Below, piece after piece: positions 11,430 to 21,193 of a stretch of DNA of 64,000 nt (the first letter of the stretch is position 1; each line of letters opens with the position of its first letter). Origin of the DNA: Styela clava. Its lineage: Eukaryota. The stretch is from positions 15,686,001 through 15,750,000 of the forward strand of contig NC_135253.1 in NCBI RefSeq assembly GCF_964204865.1, written 5' to 3'. The notes under the pieces were generated by a model. It saw nothing but the letters and a program-made list of their open reading frames with translations, did no database searches and was not told the DNA's origin. The position numbers and the translations under genes are program-made.

Positions 11430-14400
11430 TCATGTAATTAATATGAGATCTAAAGCAAAATTGCCTTTAGATGTGCTGATTCCGTCAACTCCATATTGCT
11501 TCGTCCTAGAAATGTTTCCAAAGCATTCATCCATTATGATATTTCTTCCTTTTCTGCAAAAGAAAAAAATCGAATACAAATTAGTGATCTTCTTAGCTAC
11601 TCCATGCTTCATATACTGAAATAAGAAAACCTTTTTTATGACCATGACACAATCGAAAAATTTATTTGTTTTGAAGTATGCCGCATATTTCCATAGCTAG
11701 AGCTTTTTTACAGGATAACATAACATATCATGGGAACATTAAAAGTTTTTTCAAATATGAAAAACGATATAGGATGTTACCCACGCGAGGAAGGCTCCGA
11801 ATGATGAAATTTCTGTGACAGTGTTTACAACAGTAAGATCTGGATTTTCATCGGAAAAAATCATAACGTTTCTTCCAATAACTGGTTTGATATGATCCAC
11901 GAGAATATATTGGCCCCTCAAATAAAATACAATCCTCTTGTTATTCCACTAAGTGTTGCTGATACACATTATAATCTGTTAAATGTTATTGTCTAATTCT
12001 AATACATTTATTTCATGTGCGATCGATGTGTTCCGGCGCTATGAGGTCTAAGGGTTTATAGTGTTGATAGTTTTTTGCAGCATGAGAGACATTCTGTTAA
12101 AATAATCAAGAACCGAGTAATGTTTGAATCTAGTTATACTAAAAATACCTTTGTTGTGTGCCTTGTAGTTTTTCCAGCATTTCTTTAACGTCTTTGCAAA
12201 AGTATTTTACTGAAAACAAGATTAATTAACTAAATTCATGAATGCAATTTGCTTTGTAATAACCTATTATATCACGTACATTTTGTTAAAGTCGACAGAC
12301 ACTTGTTGACCCATTTGTTTTTTTGCAATACTTTATTTCAATAACCAGCCAAAGGTTTATACAATTTTTTTTTTAATTCACTTGCATTATTTCAAACAAA
12401 AATATTCCACCTCCGCCCTCTCTCTGATCTTTTAACACGTATTCGTGGGGATTCGTGATTCCCAGTTTTGCATTCATGTCACCTACATTACCCTGAAAAT
12501 ACAAAGCAATTGTAGAAGATATCATGAGCGATGCAACGTTTCAATAACTACGTTGTTGCAATTGCCCTTTTTTGAATGAGCAACAGTTCGAACATAGAAT
12601 TAATTGAATATCAATGCATCTACATCAATGCATCACAAAGATAACTCCCAAGTCTGCGTTTTGTCATATATTTTGAACATTGACATATTTACCTGTTCTA
12701 AAGTTCGATATTCGACCAGTGCATTCCTGATAAGACCAGCATCCAAATTGTCAACGTATTTCTCTATATGTTTGGGTCTTGACATAACTTCCATAACCTT
12801 ATTTAGTTCCACGATCGAATGACAAATATTTGGACACAAAATGGCAGTACTATATTCCATCAGTTCACGGGCGATCCAATCCTAAGTTAAAATAAAACAG
12901 TTGATTCGAATTTTAAAATTTGTGAAATAGAAGCATGCAAATATTCTTCCAGCTCTATATTGCTTTATTAAACGTCTTAAATAGCGACAACATTTAAACG
13001 AATCTTAAATATTTTAACATCATGTTCATCCGAAAATCTGAAGACGCTCGAAAAAATGAGAGTTTCATAAAACGATAAATAACATTTATGAGGACATTGC
13101 AAATTGAAATGATTTTTACGTAAGTACGGATCCTAACAGCATGCTCAAAACAAACGGGAGATCTGAAATATTTCTGAGGAAAAATCGTATACATTTATAC
13201 CATCGATGGTTATGGCTGGTCATTTTTGAATACCTGATGATTTCAGAATCGAATCAAATAACTTTTTCAAATCGAATCGAATCTCTAATACTTGGAACAT
13301 TTATAATTGTATGTAACTTTCCTATTGTATTGGGTCCTCCAGACACATAAATTACTGGAAACGAAAAATACATCACTCAGACAGATTGCTGAGCGTTCAC
13401 ACACCATGAAAAACACGTTTTCATCAATACCTCACTGCAGAAAAGAGTCTCATGTCAGGATTCCGTTGAAAAAATATGGCTTCAATAAAAAAAAATGAGA
13501 AATTTACCTCGACCATTGACGGCAAGGAAAAAAACAAGATGGCGGCGATTTGAAATTTCTCTCTGAACCGATTTGAATATTTTACTATTCGATTCGAAAT
13601 GCCCAGCCCTATCGATGGTATAAATGTATAGTTATAAAATCAACATACTTGTTCAGTTTGATATTTTTGTTCTTCAAATCCCATGAGAAGAAATACAACT
13701 CCATACTCTATTTCATTTCTAAAAACATCGCCTTTTTAGAATATATAAAATCACTTTATTGATAACAATTTAGAAACTATATGCAAATGGGCACATTTGC
13801 AATGTGCCACAAATTATACGCAAATCAGGTTTTTCTGATTGGGATATTAAGGAAATGTGACTAAGGTTAATAGTATGAATTTTTTATGTGACATATACAT
13901 GCGATACGAATAACAACCCCAGAAACTAAAGATCTCTATATTCCTTCTAATCCTTTATAAATCAATCAATCAATCAAATCGTTTTTATCAGCCATCTCGG
14001 CAAAGCTGAACATAAATGAAAACAATTGAGATCACAAAAATAAGCAGGATATCCGCGAAATGACTATTCGGTCTACCCGTCAGCGGCAACCTTAAAATAG
14101 CTTAAAACTTGAATACAAAATTTGCACAGCGCGAAAATTTTTTATGCGAGAACAGCATCGCCCAAGATGACGCTGAAAAGCAATAATAACCTTATTATTT
14201 ATAGAATCAGGGAATTCCCCCTATATTATTTCGGAGCAGTGCTGTTCCGGCACTTTTAGGTTAACGTTTCTGGAAAAAAGTTAGACAATACATATTAGGT
14301 TTAGTAATAGGACGATACCAAAGAAATGCCAGTACTGAAACTGGTAGCTAACGAGAAAAGATATCTTCATGACAGTAAAAATACCTCAATGAACATGTAA

Positions 14401-16441
14401 TGTGCATGCCAATGTACATGTAATTGTATTGTAACATGAAAAAAAGTACAGATCAACAATCATGTCTAGCAGACACTGAACACTGAAATAAAACTACTAT
14501 GATATTGGGGAATGCAATACACATTTATGAAGAATATAAGGATAGTAAATGGTTGAGTAACTGAGTTTTAAAATTTGGATTTGTTGAGTCTTTAAATAAC
14601 CAATATTTATGTACAGAAACTTTCTGTACTTTTCTATCAGAACAACAACATGTGTGTTGCAAATTACTTACACTAACAATTCTTTCTGAAAGCCAAGTGT
14701 AAGATTCTTGCTCACTTCCTGCAGTGTTAGAATGTCTACGAAAACATCCTGGTCAATTTCTAATATTTCTCCTTTCAATTTGTGACATTCCATGAGGCAA
14801 AAATATTCTTCGCTGACAACAATCAATATTCCGGTGTTTGACTTGTTGTATAATTTCCAAGTCTTGATAAACATTTCAGCCAAACCAATTGTCATATCCG
14901 TGCTATCAAAATCTTGCTCAAATGGAATTCTTGCTTTCAGTAAAGAGCGTTTGTAAACATGCTTGAGAAAACTTGCTACACCAAATCCCCATCCTGAAAC
15001 ACCCCATTCCAAAAGTTTAGGAAGTTGGATTCCTTCATCAGTTTTATTCACCATGTAATCTGCTCTCGTTATTGATAGCTCATACCGGTCCTGGAACATG
15101 ACTCATTTACCATATGTATTTTAAATAACAGATTATTCATAAAGAGTCGTTCAATTACACGATAAATCGGTAGGAAGTGTTAAAAACAACACATGTGAAT
15201 CTGTAGTTAATTTATTACATCGTGAAGACGTGAAGAGTGTTATAATTATATTCATTTTCAGGTCCAGCAGTTGGAAAAATACCATTGCAACGTATCAATT
15301 TCTACACATGCAGTCATGAATCAAGAACTTGCCATGATATATTTTCTGTCAAGTAGAACCCTACCCGCACCTGCAACCGACCTTCGACACTTACATCTCG
15401 GACAAGAATAAACAGTTTACTTACCTCACGATTGACTGATTTCGACACTCTTTCGTATACGCCGAACATTTTTTTAATGAGCCAGTCCGCTTTCGCAACA
15501 CTAAAAGTAAATATATAACTCCATATTCATTCCGCATACCTAAAGATCACAGACAAGCATGAAACGGTATGAGACTTACAAAACTGTCTAAAGACTGATA
15601 TTTTTTCCTGTACTAAGTTCCTATTTATGTGATCTCAGACTAGATATGAGTTTGTTGAATAAGTTGTTATATATTTATGATCACTACATTCGCAAACTGA
15701 GTAGGATTTACCTGTCCAATCCTTTCTTCACAAAATCGAAATCAAAACTGACATTATGATGAAGTTTGTGAAATTCTGGGCAAACTTGGTTTACTCTGCG
15801 CATAACATCAACGGGCATTCTCGAGGGAAACAAACAAAATGGAGCCATCTTGTCATGCTGCAAAACCAACCATTAGTAAATTTTATTCGACATAGATCAC
15901 CTATTTTTAACGCATGGTATCTGGATAAATTGCGAGTGCTTACTAAAAGAGAACAAAACTCTTAATGCGGCTTCAATCGTACGCCCATGTGTATAACTGA
16001 TAACATTTTACTATCAGCGCAACGAATTTTACTTGAATGTAATTATTCTGTGTGGACAAATTTCGGTTGACAAGGATACAGTGAATGAAAATAGTTAGTC
16101 TTATCATTTTTTGGAATTTACTTTCTAAAAATTAAATATTTTGACGGAAGAGATGTTTTTTTTATTTTTCATAAAGGTGTATAGTGATCAAACCTGGCAG
16201 AGCGAGGGACAATACAACCAATTTTCGAGAATTTTAATTTTTATAGAAAAACCTAAAACTAGTTTAATCTTCCACAATAATGATAGATACGTACTGGTTT
16301 TCTTGACTCGTCATACCACTGAAAGAAAAATTTTTGCTTCTTGGCCTCTTCGATCGCTGATGTTGAGCATTTTTTCAACCATTCTTTCGATTGAAATACA
16401 TTTTCAAATTGATGTTCAATAACAAAATTATCAGAAGACAT
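11430..16441 (-). CDS. GSS: Divergent glutathione synthetase-like ATP-grasp ligase (eukaryotic GSS fold); 10 exons, 481 aa, intact
   Basis: Exons (minus strand) 16441-16295, 15857-15712, 15500-15425, 15090-14672, 13718-13649, 12881-12693, 12492-12411, 12209-12149, 11916-11785, 11553-11430; total 1446 nt, phases consistent. Motifs APFCLFPS, RADYM, KLLE, WIARELME..A..CP, VLKDQREGG, YIL..IKP, TEISSFG, SRTK are colinear with human GSS. Confidence 0.9.
13211..13611 (-). mobile_element. hAT-type MITE (family A) in GSS-like intron 5
   Basis: TIRs tatggctggtcat / atgcccagcccta; perfect 8-bp TSD tcgatggt; empty site in the paralog near 6660. Copies at 35909-36534 and 61297-61922, both with an internal insertion. 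Confidence 0.88.
13961..14590 (-). mobile_element. Probable 5'-truncated LINE (CR1/L2-like) 3' end in GSS-like intron 4
   Basis: Minus strand ends in a (gatt)n tail, with an ORF2-like terminus FKTQLLNHLLSLYSS* at the other end; absent from the paralogous intron near 6300. Confidence 0.55.
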
Positions 16442-16594
16442 TTTCAATGTATTTAGTATATCTTTATGAACCGGGTAATATATTTTATTATATATGTATC
16501 TGAAATAAAATAAATATCCTTCTTTTCATGTGATATGCGAATCACTTCTAAACAAAAGACTATACAAAAATACCATCTATGGCAAGTGTATAGT

Positions 16595-16966
16595 CAATTT
16601 TTGTGCCTGACCAACGAGGAAAGATCGTGTTTCTTTTAGAACACGAAAACCGTTAATGTGATGAATGAACTTATCAATTTATCGATTTTCAGAGCAAACG
16701 TGATAAGCAAACACATTATCATCATATAGGTAAAAGCTGAAAATGCTGCCTCACACGTGTGGGTCGTTGCCAAAGGCAATAAAATCTTAATTGCCTTTTC
16801 TGACAGCAATGGATACTCATCCATAACGCTCAAACAAAAAGATGAAATGGCTTTTGGTTTGATTGAAATCAAATATTAAAGATCGATCAGATTATTTTCA
16901 TATTGATGAGGATCCCCCGTGCAGTCATCACGGACCACCAGGGGCACCGTAGTTTGGGAAACCTTG
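16595..16966 (-). mobile_element. Non-autonomous hAT (Buster/Charlie-like) remnant with dimerization-domain fragment
   Basis: ORF 16636-16872 EYPLLSEKAIKILLPLATTHTCEAAFSAFTYMM is typical of the hAT C-terminus; terminal caaggtttcccaaac. Copy at about 39522-39893. Confidence 0.75.
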
Positions 16967-16979
16967 CTTTAGAAATTAA

Positions 16980-17339
16980 TTATCAATATTTCTGTACAGA
17001 AAAAAAACTTCTCACTTACATCAAACCATATAGGGTGAGACATTACTTACACTAACAATTTATTCTTAACCTTCAAGTGCATGACATACTGTAGTGTTAA
17101 AATGTCCACAAAACGTCATGGTCAATTTCAAATCGTAACATTCTATAAGGCAAATTTATTAATCGCACACAACCATCAATATCCCATCGTTTGAACTCTT
17201 GCTCCCTTTTCAAAGTTTGGTAAATATTTCTGCCAGACCAGGCGTCATATCTGTGCCAGCAAAACCGTGCTCATGTTGAATTCTCGCTTCCAGTAAAAAG
17301 CTTTTGTAAATCTGCTTGAGAAAACTTGCTACACCAAAT
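16980..17339 (-). pseudogene. Decayed relic of GSS-like exon 4 and its donor site (third, older paralog)
   Basis: Aligns by eye with about 14600-14990 (gcttgagaaaacttgctacaccaaat; ttacttacactaacaatt) but has many indels. Copy at about 39907-40266. Confidence 0.75.
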
Positions 17340-18369
17340 GTTTGTTATCGTGAAATTGGGGGGAGACGTCTGGTGCTATGCCGCGATATCACGAGAAAAG
17401 CGCAAATTTGAATTGAAACACTTACATCGATATTTGGCTCGGACCAGTTGTAGGGCCCATTTGATGTTACTTTTACTTTTGTAAACGACTCTATTGGGTA
17501 TGAAAAGTTCATAAGCATCGTATTGCAAAGTCGTCGTCGTTGTTAGTCTTGATATTGAAACGACCTTTTGTTGAAGGGGATATTCGCGTTTCTCCACAAC
17601 CAAGTTTAGAATTTTCAGTGCTTAAGAAAGAAGTGGCAAAAGGCTATTTTATTTTCAAATCAACTCTGGGTATTACGGGACCCGATATTAAATCCCAAAT
17701 TTTGCTGTTTTATTTCAATTCATTGTGATATTTTTTTCTTCTGTCAAAAGTTACCGCCGCCGTTGCGAATGTCCGCCGTTTGGCTGAGGGAATTCGCTGC
17801 TATGGTTAACATTTTTATTGGAAACGAAGTGGACCTATCGATCGTTATGTTGTTAGTTCAGCTTGATAGAAATATAAATATATTGTTGCAGAAGCTACCA
17901 ATAGCAAAAGCTCAAGTGCCCAACGTGTTGTCACAGAAAAACCACCACAACCAGTGGCCACGTCTGCTCGGAGTTTTGCCTGGATTTAAACAGAACAGGT
18001 TCTGATAACTATTGTAACATTAGCGTGACAGCAACCCGACCTGATGTTTAATTGTGAGTACCAGCATTTGTTGGTAATTGTCATTACAACAATTGATGCT
18101 GTTTGACAGAAATTACTCGTAGGAACCATCGTACTCATGCAAGCCTTAATCAGGTTAAAAAATTGGCCGCTACTTCTATCATAGTAGTAATTACTACTGT
18201 TAATACTAGTAACATAAAAACATCCTGGTCAGGATTTCTGACATTCAATTCAATTCAATCAAAACATTCAATTGCAGGTACCATTCTTTGATAATACAAC
18301 AAAGTCAGCGTGCAAATGATCCGGCGTCTATTTCGCCGTCGCCTGGACCTCTCCAGAGCATGCGGTCTA

Positions 18370-18915
18370 ATTAGGCTTCCCGCTGCTTGTCAACAGGGAA
18401 CCTATTGTATTCCTGTGTTTTATTATTAATATTTATTTATTATTATTTATTATTTTTATTATTTTTTTTTCAAATTGGTCCTACAAACTTGAAATTCACC
18501 TCAAAAGTTCTCTTATGCAGACTCTGCTATAGCCAAAAACAGTTATTCAGTGCAATTGTGGGCATCTGAAAATACAACACACAAAAAACAGAGTACATTA
18601 AAATATAGAAAAAGAAACAAAATTCTCAGTTGTTCTCTGCACATATGTATTCCTCCTGTTGCAATGTGCATTGTCTCATTCAAAAAAATGTAACTTGTTA
18701 ATTTTATACCCATTGAAAAGCGTTTTTTCACCCTCATTGTGCAAACGCCTTGAAGCGTACATTCATCTAAACTTTCATTATCGCTGCCAGATCTCTCGGA
18801 CAAAGTTATAGCCATCTTCAAAACGAAATAAATATTTTTATTTTGAAGTTTGCATGTAAATGGATCCATGAAAAGAGAATTCGCAAAATGCTAAATATTA
18901 CATCGCCTGTATATT
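18370..18915. repeat. Possible interspersed repeat (Helentron/DINE-like start: short hairpin followed by tta microsatellite)
   Basis: aggcttccc...gggaacct stem followed by a (tta)n tract whose length differs between copies; the far end is uncertain. Confidence 0.3.
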
Positions 18916-19314
18916 TTCATGTGTATCTACAATGCTTAATCACCAAAAATTTTTGGCGAAACTATCAAAACTAATTAATACTGAACTAATCGTAAAATAT
19001 AAAACGGTAACATGCATAATGTATTTTTGTATTTTTTGAGAAAGCAATTATTAACAAGGTATGTGCATGTGTAATAAACAAGGTACATATATATACAAAA
19101 TTTCTAGACACGGTTCAGGTTCAGGTGATCTTTCCAGAGAAAAATCAAAATTTATGTATTTGTCGTTAGAGAACACAGATGATAGTCATTGTATAGTAAG
19201 TCAAATATCCAATTCTGAAAACAGTTGGAAGAATTGAATACGATGGATGAGCCACGGATTGCGGTTATAACTAAATTTAGTTGGATTTGTTGTAAATTAT
19301 TTTTTGTAACCTAT

Positions 19315-21193
19315 TTACCCAGCTTTTAACAACAATGGTTTGCTTTCATCAATGATGCTTCTTCGTTGACTCGGAGTGTCTGTTTCATGAACCATCTCTG
19401 CAGAGAGTCGTCTATAGTCTGGTTTAACAAGGGCAACAAGGCAGCGCTGCATAAAACATGCAATCAAAGGAACTATGATAGCCATGGTTGCCCCATGCAT
19501 GTCCATAATTTTTCTAATCACAGCACCAAAAATGAACGCTGCCACCTCGGAAGGAAAATAATATATTGACATAAGTATCGTATTGTCGAACGGGTAGATG
19601 ACTTCAGTGAGAAATTCCGTAAAAATGACGTTGGAGCATATGCGCAAGGCCGCAAGCGCGGGATAGAGAACGATTAACACTGGAAAATATTTACATAAAT
19701 GCCCAAAATATATTCCTCCAGTTACCAGCAACATTCCGACAACGACTGAAAAATAATAATTTTTGAGCTAGTCACAAAATACTGAATTAACGTTTTCTAC
19801 ATGAATTACAGTATTTGCAATAAAATTCCAAGTCTACAGGTAAGTTTGCGAAAAATACACACCTGTACATATGTAGGCCTATATATAATGTTTCAGAAAG
19901 TATGTATTTTTGTCTGGTTACAGGGTAATGCAAAGTTTGCATGTGCGGTATGCAAGAAAATAGCATATGATATGTATTAGAAGATGTATGGATCGTAGAT
20001 AAATAAATTGTGCAATATTAACTGTGAATAGAGTAATTCAAGTGATAAAAGAATAACATATATACTAACACCTAGATGACTTACTTGCCATAGCGAATTC
20101 TTTGAATTTCTTTAATCTGTCCAAATAGTATCCAACAGCAAGACCAGCAATTATCGATGCAAGAGTACCAGCTATTCTAATCCACCCAATTTCACGGTAT
20201 GTTACTTCGGGAAATGTCATTGAGATCAACGAAGGAGCAAGCACTTTTGCTAATATCAAGGCTGACAATCCAAGTGAGTTAGCACAAGCAAGAAGTAGAA
20301 ATTGACGATTTACCAACAAATTCAAAACTAATTTCAAGAAAGATGTGTCTACTTCATGGGAAGCCCTCTCGTTTTTATCCGCTTTTAACGAAGTAAGTAT
20401 GTTAGCCTGCGCTGCTCCCGGCGGTGTTGGTGGTTGATTTTTCAACATAAAAACGAAAAACAATGCTGATATCGTAAGAATGAGAGCAGAAGTTCCTTTT
20501 GTGCTCATGAAAATAAGCCTAATATCATGGGAATTGTTCTCTATTTGAGTAGCGTTTCTGTAAGGAAGACACATAGGGTAGACTAATGCTGCTGTCGCCT
20601 CTCCCAAACTCACAGCGGACCATGTTACGCCGATGGCGGTCGCCGTTTCCTGTGCAGGAAACCAGCTAGCAGCAAGCGTAACCGGTAATATAAAATTGAT
20701 TCCGTTGGATAATCCAGTAAATAGTACTGCAGATAGAATCATCGGATACAGTTTTCTGCAAAAAAATAAGAAGCATATGCGGTTAAAGTGTGTCATACGT
20801 ACACTGTACATTTAAATATTGTGAAAAACATCAACCGTGCGGCAGGTTATTTGGTACATGAAAAATAAAACTATACAAGAATTACATAACTTGCCTGTTT
20901 TTAAATGCAAAAGTTCCTACGCCGATTCCGATACCAGCCGACAGCGTCATTATTGTTGCTTGAAATCGTAACCCAATTTTATTTTTGAAAATTGGTATCA
21001 ACACCGTACATACTCCAGCCACCAAGAAGTTCAACAGCGTCAAAATATCTATTTGAAATGGGGTGACGTTGAAGTAATTCGCGACGACGTCATTTACAAA
21101 ACTGTACGAATAAATTTCACAGAGAATGATCGCCATGCAAATTGATAAAACTGCTAGAAACACCCAACGAATTGGATAAACTTTGTATTCCAT
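19315..21193 (-). CDS. MFS transporter, FLVCR/SLC49-like; 3 coding exons, 466 aa, intact
   Basis: Exons 21193-20895 (GC donor ag|gcaagt), 20755-20085, 19745-19315; total 1401 nt in frame. Motifs YKVYPIRW, IGLR, WFPAQETATA, PPTPPGAAQ, LDRLKKFK, EVIYP, DYRRL; multiple hydrophobic helices. Confidence 0.9.

Noticed and set aside
11430-16441. Calling this the housekeeping glutathione synthetase
   Set aside because: Nearly all GSH-binding motifs are altered, so it is kept as GSS-like only.
17340-18360. GC-richer stretch with short ORFs (possible LTR/gag or RING remnant, e.g. KLKCPTC)
   Set aside because: Stops in the candidate frames and no paired LTR, PBS or complete motif. Probably a decayed repeat, but it cannot be classified without a search.
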